Shown one piece after another: positions 12,391-26,279 of a DNA stretch of 57,206 bases. The stretch covers positions 130,411,776 through 130,468,981 of the forward strand of contig NC_068982.1 of NCBI RefSeq assembly GCF_001194135.2, written 5' to 3'. Below the pieces are notes generated by a model. That model was given only the letters and a program-made list of their open reading frames with translations, ran no database searches and had not been told where the DNA came from. Both the position numbers and the translations under genes were made by a program. Positions within the stretch are counted from its first letter, which is position 1. Each line of letters opens with the position of its first letter. Source of the DNA: Octopus bimaculoides (lineage: Eukaryota).

Positions 12391-14438
12391 ACGTAGTTCT
12401 GGATATTCAAAGTGTGTAGTTAACCACCACTGATATACTGATCTATTCCAGCAGAACTGGTCTGTGACCAAATATAATGAAAGCAGAAGTACTTTTACAA
12501 TTGACGAGTGTTCGTTTCGTTTAATACAATGAATTCATATAATATTGTATGAACTAGTAAAAGCGAATGGACATAATCAGCAGTATTATTATTGAGGAAA
12601 CATTACTAGGAATTATTTCATTATGTTATTAAACGATTTCTAATAAGAGATACTAAGACACTTCTTCATATGCTAAAGCTGAATTGTTATGTAGATCAGA
12701 GCAGTCTACGATCATTTTTACTCATGCTTAAAGTAAGCGAACGCAAACAGCTCCCTAGCCTAATTTTCTATGGAAATATTCTACAGGAATCTTAAAATAT
12801 CTTACCTTACCAACCAAAACAATCTCTATATCATTTTAACTTTTATCAAGTTCCCTTCTAGCATTTTTTCTGCACCATAAATATTAAAGCTCTTCTACTG
12901 CCTAATTAAAGCTCTACTACCAGCTTATTACGATGATAATAAGAACGTAATAGAGATGTTGACGCGTTTATCTACTTTTTATCAAAGATCGTGGAAGAAA
13001 ATAAAACAATCTTGAAATAAAAATCCTTTCTTATCAACCACACCTTTTTGGAAAAAAACGTGCACTTTACTGTTTGTTGTTTTATTGTAAATTCTGCAAA
13101 TAAATCCAATGATAAACTAATATTCCATATTATTATCATGAAAATATATCAGTAAAGTAACTGGTAACAATATATTACTGGTATTATATAAAGAATGTAG
13201 ATGTTGCGCAAAACTGAACTACAAAAGTTAGATGCACAATGGCTGAAAGAAAAGAACATCACGAATAAAGTTGGGGGATCCTTTAAATTGTTTGTCTTAA
13301 TTACTGCATTATTCGAGAAGTAGAATTCAAAAGATTAGGCCATAAAATCGAAGATAAATTGTTTACAATCTTAATTCTGTATAATATACCTACAATATCT
13401 CAACTGTAGAACGACCTTTGGAACAATCTTCAGAATAAACTTCGAAATAAATTTAAAAGCAAGTTGAAAGGAAGAGGAACATTAGTAGAAGCAGTAGCAG
13501 CCATAGCAGCAGCCGTAGCTGCAGCCATGACAGCAGCCGCAGTAGCAGTCATAGCAGTGTCTGGAATGGGTTAGTTGTACATCTCGTATATTTTCATGAA
13601 AATTGAAAGAATTGATTAACATGGAACCAGTTTTAGTTTTTAAAGCATTTTATTAGATATTGTAGCCCGGGAACGCAGTTTATTATGTTAAAGTTCCAAT
13701 TAGTTCTATTTGTTTATTATTGTTACGTCTTACAGTTTCCAGTTATTATTAAGTGTACAAAAGATAGTTAGATTTAGAGATACAGTATACAGCTATAACT
13801 AAGAATATAGACAAAAATTTCAATACAAGTGTGTGCTTACGTGATAAGGGAAAGGTGTTGAATGGAAATGATTTAGTACTGGCAGCATGATCTACGAGAT
13901 AAACATCAGCATAAACTGAGATTAAGTTAGTTTGAAGCAAAAAGAGAGAACAGCAGAAACATTATCAATCATTGTATCACTAGTATTACGTCTAAAAGGT
14001 TTTGGAGAAACATGAAAAGAAGTGTTACGTTTATGTCTGTCCCTAGGGAATTAGAAAGAAAAGAGAAATGTAGTAGTCCCAATTGGGAATCGAAACTGGG
14101 ACACATATTTAGATTGCTTACTACATAACGTCGCACTGCAGACCTTGCCAAACAGCATGAACAATAGTTGAGCCATGTGAAAATTACTTTGAGATTCATG
14201 AGAAAATTACTCTGAAACTAAGAGTCTCATCTTTACAACAGTCTAATGTGAATGACAATGTTTTGAAGGAGAGACAATTTTTACACTGACCTCTCCCACG
14301 TCTATGACTTTCTGAGTGTCTACAATTATTCGTAGCAGACTAATTAACATATTGTCTTTAACATAGGTGCACGCACACACACGCACGCACACGCATACAC
14401 AGACACACACGCACGCACGCACGCACGCACGCACTCAC

Positions 14439-14477
<39 letters not shown>

Positions 14478-14512
14478 TGGGTATTTTTAATGAGGATGTG
14501 TAGGTGGAAGAT

Positions 14513-14554
<42 letters not shown>

Positions 14555-15274
14555 TTGTGCATATTTACGTATGGGGGAGTGGGATTGAACTCCTGTTGTA
14601 GTCGTAAGGGCGCCATCGTGCTATAAGGCGTGGCCTGGGCATTTCAAACCTGGAAGAGCTCATCCCTCGAACACACACATTCATACACACATGTGTGTAT
14701 TTATATGTGTGTGTGTGTGTGTGTACAAGTGAATATATAATAATATATAAGAACAAGTAAATAAGATGTAGTTGAGTATATAAGGAGATGATTTACCAAA
14801 CATGGTTTACGTCACAGTTGAAATTGTCTTCTATAGTAATCTATGATACACATTGAAGAACTCTTCGTGTGATGTCACAACCTGATCATTGTCAGAACGG
14901 CTGACTGACTCATATTTTTCTAGCCACTCGAGATTTTTCCATCCAAACAGTTGTTTGTTTATGAACCAATATACGACAGTTGATAAATATGAAGACCTTG
15001 ACTGAGAGAATATCAAACTTTTATTTATTCATTAAAACAACGTTTCTTGTGGCGTACGTTTATTTATTTACTATGTATGTATATATGTGTCTGTCTATGT
15101 ATGTATGTAAGTTGTTTTATTTATTCTGTATGTGTATGTATAGCAGTGATTATATACCTATATTTACATGCATGTATATGTACGTACTCATGTAACGTAT
15201 GTTTGCTGTATGTATCTGAGTAAGTGTATATGTATGGTTATGTTTATGTAAGTATGTACGTATGTATGTATGAA

Positions 15275-15420
15275 CGCGTGAAACCTAGCGTTTAGGCTGT
15301 AGGACCGATGACCGCAAGGTCGTGGTTTCGATTAGCGGAATAGCAGGCGCGTTATATACTCAGACAAAGCACTTCATTCTATGTTGCTCCAACTCATTCT
15401 GCTAAAAGTGAACTGCGTCT
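15275..15420 (+). mobile_element. Degenerate copy of SINE family D
   Basis: gaccgcaaggtcgtggtttcgatt...agacaaagcacttcattctatgttgctccaactcattctgct parallels the reverse complement of 56900-57060. Confidence 0.55.
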
Positions 15421-15644
15421 CTTATAGACTTTTACATCACAAACTTTTAGCCACAAATCTTGCAAATGCAAGGTGTCAACAGTGATGTATGTATGTATGT
15501 ATGTATGTATGTATGTATGTATGTATGTATGTATGTATGTATGTATGTATACATTATGTACGTACGTTCGTATGAATATGTGTGAGAGTGTACACTTATA
15601 TTTGAAACTGAAGGGGAATAATGGACACATAATCATAAAATATT

Positions 15645-16047
15645 GGTTTCAAATTTTGGTACATGGCCAGAAATTTCGGGGAGGGATGTAAGACGATTTT
15701 CATCGACCCAGTGCTTAACTGGTATTTATTTTATCGACCCGAAAGAATGAAAGGCAAAGTCGGCCTCGGCAGAATTTGAACTCAGTACGTAAAGACGGAC
15801 GAAATACTACTAAGCATTTTACCAGTTCTCATTTCTTTATTGCCCACAAGGGGCTAAACATAGAGGGAACAAACAAGGACAGACGAACGGATTGAGTCGA
15901 TTACATCGACCCCAGTGCGTAACTGCTACTTAATTTATCGACCCCGAAAGGATGAAAGGCAAAGTCGACCTCGGCGGAATTTGAACTCAGAACGTAACGG
16001 CAGACGAAATACCACTAAGCATTTCGTCCGGCGTGCTTATCGCCTTA
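15645..16047 (-). mobile_element. Two adjacent family A SINEs with different 3' tails
   Basis: Copies at about 15645-15822 and 15826-16047 share head and central domain. Their tails are ggtacatggccagaaatttcgggg versus tttctttattgcccacaaggggctaaacatagaggg. Confidence 0.85.
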
Positions 16048-16761
16048 CAGACATAAAATATTAAAAAAGTTTTAGTGTTTTCCTGCGAACAACTCCATAA
16101 TTTTTATTATGATATACATTTTCAACTGATGGCAGTGTCTTGACTCCCACATCAGCCATGATTGTACAGACCATTGCTCAAAAGAGTTCCAGTTTTGACT
16201 ATGACTATTTTTTATATGATTTTAATATGGTTGTGAATTGATCACGGAATTTTTGTCAGGGACAACTAATAAATGTGGATGTGTATCAAACGCTATGACA
16301 GAGTGAAGTAACGATCAGTATAATGAAGTCTGTCAATAACGACTCTTTTAAAGACTATGATAATACTAATAATTATAACGAAACTATTTAATGGTACATC
16401 TAAAATCTAAAATAACAGTAGAAAACGGTAAATGCCATAATGGGATTAAGGATAGTATTAATTTAAAATGATACCGATGATGAATATAATAGTGACAATT
16501 GAAATAGAGATACAGAATATTGTTGTGGGTATAATTCCTATATCAAGCACAAAGTACAAGGCGTATGTGAACAACAACACAAGTTTTATAGACCGATACA
16601 TCTGGACAAATTGCCGCGTACTTTGATCGAACTCAAAACCACCTGGACGCAAAGCAAATTTCTTAACAGCATAGCTATTATTGAACGGATTAAAAGTTTG
16701 AAATGTAATTTTGAAACGAGTAAAATCATTCACCCAAAATGTTGAAAACAAAAAAAGTACT

Positions 16762-16981
16762 CTTTTCTACTCTGTGCAGAAGGCCCGAATTTTTTTGGGG
16801 AGAGGGGGGGGGCAGTCGATTAGACCGGCTCCAGTACGCAACTGGTACTTAATTTATCGACCTCGAAAGGATGAAAGGGAAAGTCGACCTCAGCGGAATT
16901 TGAACTCAGAACGTAAAGACAGACGAAATACCACTAAGCATTTCGCCCGGCGTGCTGACATTTCTGCCAGCTCGCCGCCTT
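16762..16981 (-). mobile_element. SINE family A, full length
   Basis: Complete head (ccagctcgccgcct on plus), central domain and tail. Confidence 0.9.
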
Positions 16982-19409
16982 GGAAACAAAAAAATATTAA
17001 ACAAAGCTTTACATGTTTGTAGATTAAAGTTCCAGAATGTAAGCAAACATCGATAAGAAACAGTGTTTTATCAGAACATCACCAACAATTACTTGTTTAA
17101 CATTAACAGCTGGATTGATATTTCAGGATAAATGCGTTTACCAGAACATTTCATGTGTAACAATCACGTTTATAAGAGTACGGAACAAGTCAGCAACTGA
17201 TTGCAATTGTTTGACTAACTAGATTATATTTGTTGTCACATCTCTTTTTTGACTTGATTTCTATCAGAGACATTTCTATTCTACTTTTAATATTTTTCTT
17301 TAATTTTTCTGTGTATAATTGCGATTCTTACCATCAATAGGTGGTAGGTAGCTGAGGCATTGATATTAAGCTTCCAGCAAAGACACTCCACTCTCAATCA
17401 GTTACGCGTAGTTGATTATTACAGCGTAATATAGCACAACTTTGAAGAAATATCTATTACATACTTACAGACAGTAATTTTGAAAGGTGGAATCACAGTT
17501 CCTTATTGATAAAATTTGCAAAAGGTTAACATTCTGTTCTTGGATAGGATTTCCAAAACCTTGATACTTGAGATCGGAATAATCTCTGGCACACTTGAAA
17601 ATATCGGATAATAGTGTTTGAGGAGAAAATTAATTCCCTCTATAGTAAAGGTGTTTATTATTATCCTCCAGAGAAATATGAAAGCAAGTCTAATATAATA
17701 AGAAACTGAATATTATTAAACATTCTATATGTGATCTATAGTTGATCACTAATATGTATACAAGTGCTATCATTGTAAATTTTATTGTTTAAAAAAATAA
17801 TAATTAAAAATTAATCAATTGAAGGCATGTGATTTCATCTGTTATCTAAACCTGTAAAATGCTATAAAACTCTGTTTCTATAACCATATGCTTATTAAAC
17901 TTACTCGAGCATTTGTGACACTGAGATACATACTCAATTGCATGTATCTCTCTGTCACATGGTTATGCTTTCAAATCTAGTCTAATCCAATAAACACAAA
18001 AGCAAAGTCAGTGACAGACTAAGTAGAGTAGCTTTAACATTAAGTATAGTGTTTGGCATTCCAAATCCAATTGCGATCTATGTTAATGAGTCAGACCTGT
18101 CTAATTATTATTGACCTAACCTCTGACCTCTTAAATATGACACGTTTCCTCACCGTCTCGCTGCCTCGCACTCCTTCACAAATACTCTGACCTGAAAGGT
18201 TTGTTTTAGAGGACAAAATATCAAACATATAATTTTAGCACCATAATAATTAGCACTGACATACGATTTTTATTCCCACCTCAACACACTCCTCTTCGCA
18301 TCTTTATCAGTGCGCGTGTCTACGTTTCTATGTGTTTTTCTTTAGCGTTTATGTTGTGTATTTGGGTGATGTGTATGTTTGTGATGTGTATTTGTGTGCG
18401 TATAGCATACTGCATCATTTTCATCCTCTCACGAAAATGCAATTGATCGCATCTTAGAGATAATAATATACACAACTCAACAAATGTTAACTCTCAGTAC
18501 CTTTTCTCCTTATTCTCCCTTCTCTTGATACATACACACATTCATAAATGCGTACATACATACATGCATACATACATACATAAAATACATACATATATGC
18601 ATACATACATACGTCCATACAATAAATACATGTACATACATGTCTGTATGTCTCCTGTCTGTATGCATGTATGTATGTATGTGGGATTTTGTAATGATTT
18701 CAGAGTTTTATCTTTAATCATGATCCTCTAGACATCAGTATGGAAATATCACTATATCACTTTCTTTTCAAATTTCACTTTCATTCCTAAGGTCCTTTCT
18801 GTATGTTTTCTATATCTCCATACACCTTTTTCTTTTATGCATAGAAGTACACACGTCATCGAGTATCGGATGGATGGAAGTGACAGTGATGCTAATGGTC
18901 TTATGGTTGAATCTGTAAATAATGGTGCTTGGCTGATTGAACGCACGCTCAACAAGTTTGAAGTTGATTTAGATTGCTATCAACGCATTTAAAAAACAAC
19001 TTCCAGCGATGAAATCATCTGTTTTCTCTCAATTATTATTAATACCATTTACTTCTTTCAGCTCTTATCACCTCATCCCCATCCTTCTCACGATATCTGA
19101 CTATACATAACATATTCATTCTATTCTACGTTATGCTATTGCCTTCTTGAGTCTCGACGGAAATGCTTGTACCTATTAAGCAGGAGACGCCTACTGTTTT
19201 GTAGCACTAATAGAGTGGTCAGCTTGGAGTGGTTTGTTCCTCATTATTCGTCTCTTATGCTCATTATGTTAGTAGCTGCAAGTCAGAAAAAAGAAACGTA
19301 AATATTCCCAGAACAACAACTATGATTTTAACGAATTTATGTGTATATATATACATACATACATACATACATATAGTGTGTGTGTGTATGTATATATATA
19401 AATATATAT

Positions 19410-19615
19410 CTTTTTAACTTTTTTCAGTTATTTGACTGCGGCCATGCTGGAGCACCGCCTTTTACCCGAAGAAATCGACCCCAGGACTTATTTTTTGTAA
19501 GCCTAGTATCTATTCTATCAGTCTCTTTTGCCGAACCGCTAAGTTACGGGGACGTAAACACACCAGCATCGGTTGTCAAGCGATGGTGGGGCGAAAACTA
19601 CTGACACGCAAATAC
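19410..19615 (-). mobile_element. SINE family B, 3' half (5' half in gap)
   Basis: ttcagttatttgactgcggccatgctggagcaccgcc...gccgaaccgctaagttacggggacgtaaacacaccagcatcgg matches the other family B copies. Confidence 0.85.
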
Positions 19616-19631
19616 ATACATGCATATACAT

Positions 19632-19665
<34 letters not shown>

Positions 19666-21444
19666 NNNNNNNNNNNNNNNNNNNNNNNNNNNNNNNNNNN
19701 NNNNNNNNNNNNNNNNNNNNNNNNNNNNNNNNNNNNNNNNNNNNNNNNNNNNNNNNNNNNNNNNNNNNNNNNNNNNNNNNNNNNNNNNNNNNNNNNNNNN
19801 NNNNNNNNNNNNNNNNNNNNNNNNNNNNNNNNNNNNNNNNNNNNNNNNNNNNNNNNNNNNNNNNNNNNNNNNNNNNNNNNNNNNNNNNNNNNNNNNNNNN
19901 NNNNNNNNNNNNNNNNNNNNNNNNNNNNNNNNNNNNNNNNNNNNNNNNNNNNNNNNNNNNNNNNNNNNNNNNNNNNNNNNNNNNNNNNNNNNNNNNNNNN
20001 NNNNNNNNNNNNNNNNNNNNNNNNNNNNNNNNNNNNNNNNNNNNNNNNNNNNNNNNNNNNNNNNNNNNNNNNNNNNNNNNNNNNNNNNNNNNNNNNNNNN
20101 NNNNNNNNNNNNNNNNNNNNNNNNNNNNNNNNNNNNNNNNNNNNNNNNNNNNNNNNNNNNNNNNNNNNNNNNNNNNNNNNNNNNNNNNNNNNNNNNNNNN
20201 NNNNNNNNNNNNNNNNNNNNNNNNNNNNNNNNNNNNNNNNNNNNNNNNNNNNNNNNNNNNNNNNNNNNNNNNNNNNNNNNNNNNNNNNNNNNNNNNNNNN
20301 NNNNNNNNNNNNNNNNNNNNNNNNNNNNNNNNNNNNNNNNNNNNNNNNNNNNNNNNNNNNNNNNNNNNNNNNNNNNNNNNNNNNNNNNNNNNNNNNNNNN
20401 NNNNNNNNNNNNNNNNNNNNNNNNNNNNNNNNNNNNNNNNNNNNNNNNNNNNNNNNNNNNNNNNNNNNNNNNNNNNNNNNNNNNNNNNNNNNNNNNNNNN
20501 NNNNNNNNNNNNNNNNNNNNNNNNNNNNNNNNNNNNNNNNNNNNNNNTATATTTATTTATATATATGTGTGTGTGTGTGTGTGTGTTTGTGTAATATATG
20601 CACGTGTCTGTGCCTTCCATAAGAATTAATACCACCAGCACATTGGAGTCATTTTACATGAAACTAATCGGTTATAATTTATTAGTTTTATGTTTTGCGT
20701 AAAATAACTTTAAACGTGCGTTAGCTCAATTTAATAACTGAAAACATGTTTCCATTTCCGGAATTGCGTATAAAAATATAAATTGATTGAAGGGCATTTA
20801 CATGGACAATGTAGCTATAATTAGTTTCTAACATTATTTAGTTCATTTTAAACAACCGTAGTGTAGGTTTAGCGCCCATTTGATTACTCGGGAAGGAAAA
20901 AGTTGTCAAGAAATAGTATGAACCAAAGAGCGAGTTTAGTTGTTAATACGATAAGACTAGAAATAAACTTCCAGTTTACTGAGATACGATATAGTTTCAA
21001 TTTCTGTTTTAAGCAATGTTCTCTAGAGTTATGTAAGCGCCAAATGTATGCATTCCTTAAAAGGGCCTTTGTGCCTGCCAATATAACATAAAATATTGGT
21101 CAAAATTCAGGATTCAGGTGTTATCCCCATAAACAACTGAGTGGAAATTTCTAACAAATTTGTCTTTATGACGAGAGAGCTTGTCAGTCAATGGAAGCTA
21201 ATACAATAGAAAGTAAGCACCAATTGCACACGTTTTCTGTAAGTCTACCGGCAAAACGTCGAAACTTGCGATAATCAGTTAGCAAAACTCAAAATATATG
21301 TGTCATTTAGTAATGGCTTTCCTGCCATTTTTAGACCATGGAAATTAATGCGGGTAATTTAAATGACAAAAGAAAAAGACAAACTTGTAGTGCATATGTA
21401 TATGTGCACTCACACACAGAGACACACATAGATGTATGTATGTT

Positions 21445-21568
21445 TGTGGCTCCGGGTTCAGTCCCCCTGCGTGGCACGTTGGGCAAGTGTCTTCTACTAT
21501 AGTCTCGGGCCGACCAAAGCCTTGCGAGTGGATTTGGTGGACGGTAACTGAAAGAAGCCCGTCGTACA
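21445..21568 (+). mobile_element. SINE family B, 5' fragment
   Basis: ccgggttcagtcccc...gttgggcaagtgtcttctactatag...gaaagaagcccgtcg. Confidence 0.85.
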
Positions 21569-21589
21569 TATGTATATATATATATGTAC

Positions 21590-21627
<38 letters not shown>

Positions 21628-23401
21628 NNNNNNNNNNNNNNNNNNNNNNNNNNNNNNNNNNNNNNNNNNNNNNNNNNNNNNNNNNNNNNNNNNNNNNNNN
21701 NNNNNNNNNNNNNNNNNNNNNNNNNNNNNNNNNNNNNNNNNNNNNNNNNNNNNNNNNNNNNNNNNNNNNNNNNNNNNNNNNNNNNNNNNNNNNNNNNNNN
21801 NNNNNNNNNNNNNNNNNNNNNNNNNNNNNNNNNNNNNNNNNNNNNNNNNNNNNNNNNNNNNNNNNNNNNNNNNNNNNNNNNNNNNNNNNNNNNNNNNNNN
21901 NNNNNNNNNNNNNNNNNNNNNNNNNNNNNNNNNNNNNNNNNNNNNNNNNNNNNNNNNNNNNNNNNNNNNNNNNNNNNNNNNNNNNNNNNNNNNNNNNNNN
22001 NNNNNNNNNNNNNNNNNNNNNNNNNNNNNNNNNNNNNNNNNNNNNNNNNNNNNNNNNNNNNNNNNNNNNNNNNNNNNNNNNNNNNNNNNNNNNNNNNNNN
22101 NNNNNNNNNNNNATATATATGTATATATACATACATACATACATACATACATATATGCATACATACATATATGTATACATACATATACACATACATATAT
22201 ATATGTATATATATATATACATACTACATATATACATATATATACATACACGCACACGTAATGCTTATGTATATATATATACTACATATATACACGTACA
22301 TATATATACACACACATATGCGTATTCGCACACATACATGCACACACACAATCATACACACACACATATTTGCTGGACGGATCTATGTTTATCTGTTTGT
22401 ACTTATTAAAAATCTTTTCGAGGAAATGAATTAAGTCGAAAGATTTATCTATGATTATCTCCCATCCATGTGTTTACTGCAAATTTTTCTGGTATAAACG
22501 AATGTTTATTACTGACTTTCAAAATTCATATGCTGCTAGCATCAACGCACGAAAGATGCAGAGCGCATAGTAAAACCATTAAAAAAGAAACATCTCCCCA
22601 GAGTATGTTTGTTAATTCAATATCTTAAACATATTTAATTTATTTTATGAACTGCTCCTATGTGACCAGTCACAAGTATCTAAATGGCCTACCATCTCGG
22701 TCAAGGACATTGTTGCAATTTTTCTTTCATAGCAACATATGTATGTATATGTTCGTACATGATAAAAATTACGTATCTGAAAGAAAAAAAAGTAAGAAAG
22801 TGAGAGAGACAAAGACAGAGAGAGATAAGGGCGAGAAGAAAGATACTTTCATCACCGATTTCCTATTGATAACACTCTTTATAAACTTTGTTATGATCAC
22901 ACACCCAAATTAATGTTATTCTGTGCAACAATCCGTAAAAGACACAAACTTCTGAGTAAATAAATAGATAATTAGCTTTCAGAATGCCTATAAAAGAGAC
23001 TAACAGAATATAATTTCTTTCTGTGGACTACGAAAGAACGTTGACCTTTTCACTAATAATTCAACGTTCAGCGGCAGTTTACAACATTGGAAGTATAGAG
23101 ATAATAAATAGTTTTAATTTAACTTCGATATTGCCTTTATATAACATTACACTTGTGTCTCAAATGTGTTTAGATTGGTGTAATGTTTAGCATCATTTAC
23201 ATTAAATATTTTAGCTGTCATGAATTTCAGTCATCGGACTGTGGTTATGCTAGGGGCTTTTAACTACAAAGATTTTAGTCGATCGTTTCAACTTTAATTG
23301 TTATTCTAGTCAGGTATTTATTTTTGAGACCATTTTCAGTATTTTGTTGATACAGTGTGCTGATGAAAGTATCATTAAAAATCCTTTATCTCAAAATATT
23401 A

Positions 23402-24700
23402 TTAGATTGTCAAGGAAGATCTTGCGGAATTTTTAATTTTGGTTTTAAATTATGTATTTTCAAATTAATTTTCGTTAAATTACTTTGACTTTATATATCA
23501 TTTTAAAGCCCGTTTTTCGCTCTATCTAATCGTGTTACTCCTTTTTCTTTTTGAATAATTAGGCCATTTTTTCCGGAACATTGAATACAACATGGACAAA
23601 AAGCAAATTCGCACAATTCTCTTATTGCAATTCAAGCTAGGCCGAAAAGCTGCTGAAACACCTCGCGATATCAACGATGCGTTTGCCCAGGAACCACTAA
23701 TGAACGTACAGCACAAAGGTGGTTCAAGAAAATTCGTAGCGGTGACAAGAGTCTTGAAGATGATAAGCATAGTGGTCGGCTATCGGATGTTGACAACGAT
23801 CAACTAAGAGCCTTAATCGAAGCCAATCCACGCGCAATTATTCGAGAGCTTGCTTCTGAATTAGACGTAACGTAAAAGACAATTTCCCACCACTTGAAAG
23901 AGATTGGAAAAACAAAAATACTTGAGAAATGGGTGCCCCACGAATTGAACGACAAAAAAAGAAAAAAAACAAAAAAAACGCCGTTTTGAAGTGTCGTCTT
24001 CCCTTCTTTTACGCAACAAGAACAACTCATTTCTCGACCGGATTGTGACTTGCGATGAAAGTTGATTCTTTACGACAACCGACGACATTCAGCTCAGTGG
24101 TTGGACGCCGACGAAGCTCCACGGCATTTTCCGAAGCCAAAGTTGTACCAAAAGAAGGTCATGGTGACTGTTTCGTGGTCTGTGGCCGGTCTCATCCATC
24201 ACAGCTTTTTGGATCCAGGCAAAACCATTACGGCGGAGAAGTACTGTCAGCAAATGGATGAAATGCATAAGAAACTCCGACAATAACAGCCAGCATTGGT
24301 TAATAGAAAAGGACCAATTCTTCTCCACGACAACGCTTGGCAGCACGTCGCACAACTAACCCTGCAGAAGTTGAACGATTTGGGCTACGAAACTCTGCCT
24401 CATCCGCCATACTCACCAGACCTCTCGCCTACCGACTACCACTTTTTGAAACATCTCGACAACTCCCTGCGTGAGAAATGCTTCAAACACCAAGACGATG
24501 CCAAACATGCCTTCAACGACTTCATCGCCACTAGAACGCAAGATTTTTACGCTACTGGCATAAATAAACTTGCTTCGCGTTGATTCTGATGGTGTTGATT
24601 CTAATGGTGCTTATTTCGACTAATAACGTTTTGTTTGAGCCGAGATATGTGCCTTTGAATTTAAAGGTTAAAAACAGCAAGAACTTTCTTGACAACCTAA
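23402..24700 (+). mobile_element. Full-length mariner element (cecropia/Hsmar1-like), 1299 bp
   Basis: Left TIR ttagattgtcaaggaagatcttgcgga versus reverse complement of right TIR ttaggttgtcaagaaagttcttgctg. TA on both flanks (23400-23401, 24701-24702). Internal transposase. Confidence 0.95.
23592..24623 (+). pseudogene. Mariner DD34D transposase, frameshifted and with stops
   Basis: MDKKQIRTILLLQFKLGRKAAET; WVPHEL; VTCDE; LLHDNA followed by exactly 34 residues to the D of YSPDLSPTDYH; C-terminus VDSNGAYFD*. Split over several frames. Confidence 0.95.
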
Positions 24701-25466
24701 TAGAATGTAATATCTGCACATTCAAATATATATTATCACGCTAAAGTTGATAAAAAAAATTGTAAAATGGGTACGAAAGGGCTGTCAGTACTTCGCTGGA
24801 GTTCTTTTGATTTTAGTAACTGCTTGAATACGTCGTTGTATAGAAGATGCCAGTTCTTGACACTATTCAAGTGTTATGGAAACTCAAAATGTCTCGACAG
24901 CAGCTAGTTCCACTTGATTTGGGATCGCAAAGTAACCTTGTTAACTATATTGATTCTCTATGGTATGCAGGTAAGGAGAATTATCTGGTCGAAGAAACAC
25001 TGTGTGCAGCTATCAAAGCCAATCTGAAACAGACACAAATTTACTTTCACCATATAGGCTACCTATTAAACGAATCATGCTGTACACCTAGATCTTTTGC
25101 AAGACTGCTGTGTTTAACATGACACCGATTCAACACTAACATATGATATAAAACTCCAAACTATCATTGACTACCTAAACTTGACACAAGACTTCATTGA
25201 ACCTAGGTTTCCTTACCTCATTGCCACTTCTCCAAGCTTGTAACGTGGAACTTCTGAAATTCGACAAGGATACCGGAAAAATGTTTCTATCTAATGTATC
25301 GAGACAGAAATGGATTTGAAATATTTACAAAACAGGGAACGGCTTTGTTTATGACCTATTCTTCTAAAAGTTTTACATTTTGTATCCTTTTATCTCTTGT
25401 TTTGCCGTTTATGCCATCAATATATATAAGATGAAATTACATACTAAATTTCTTTCATGCATGTGT

Positions 25467-25510
<44 letters not shown>

Positions 25511-25520
25511 ATATATATAT

Positions 25521-25553
<33 letters not shown>

Positions 25554-25566
25554 NNNNNNNNNNNNN

Positions 25567-25614
<48 letters not shown>

Positions 25615-26279
25615 GGTATATCTATGTATGTATGCATATATATATACATACCATACATATATATATATTACACACGCATGAAAGAAATTTAATATTTAAC
25701 TTCTTTTCACTGTATGACGTGAATGAGTGAGTGTGTGTGTATATATATATACACACATACATATACATATACGTGTGTGTTTGTGAGTGTGTGTTTGTGG
25801 GTGTGTGTATGTTTACGTACGATAGCTTATAGCTTACGTAGTTCACATAGCTACGAAATCTTTTATAACTTGAAAAGGTCTTGTTGTAGCTGCTAATAAG
25901 TTCTGGGCATTATATCCTAATCACTTAAGGATTTAAGTCTTTCGTAACTTCCAAAACAACTATCACAGTCACCAATGACTTTGTGAATGAACAAAACGTA
26001 CATATACCAGTCAGCCTGTTAACATGGATAATGAATAAAATTTCACCTGTCCTTCTGAGATGAACTATTTTATATGCCTATTTGCAGTTATTTAGATCCA
26101 ATGAGAACTGTGAATTGCTCCAACGAATTTCATAGCAGTCTGAATCCACCTGATCTCAGACTCGTCTTCCTAATAAACTTGGGTGTTTGGCTACCAAAAC
26201 CACACATTTGATAGTAAAACAACCGAAATACACGATGGCCCCCTACTGTCATCAGATTTCACTAAAAAGTCTTCGTAAA

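Noticed and set aside
13489-13570. Ala-rich or Ser-rich mini-ORF (VEAVAAIAAAVAAAM…)
   Set aside because: It is a decayed (GCA)n microsatellite with no splice or start context.
14831-15016. 61-aa minus ORF with an acceptor-like tctctcag
   Set aside because: No recognisable domain, weak polypyrimidine tract and an in-frame stop before any donor. It could still be a non-coding exon, but this is unsupported.
24847-25122. 91-aa plus ORF with a cag|gtaagg donor-like site
   Set aside because: No family motif recognised and no matching acceptor or partner exon on the plus strand.
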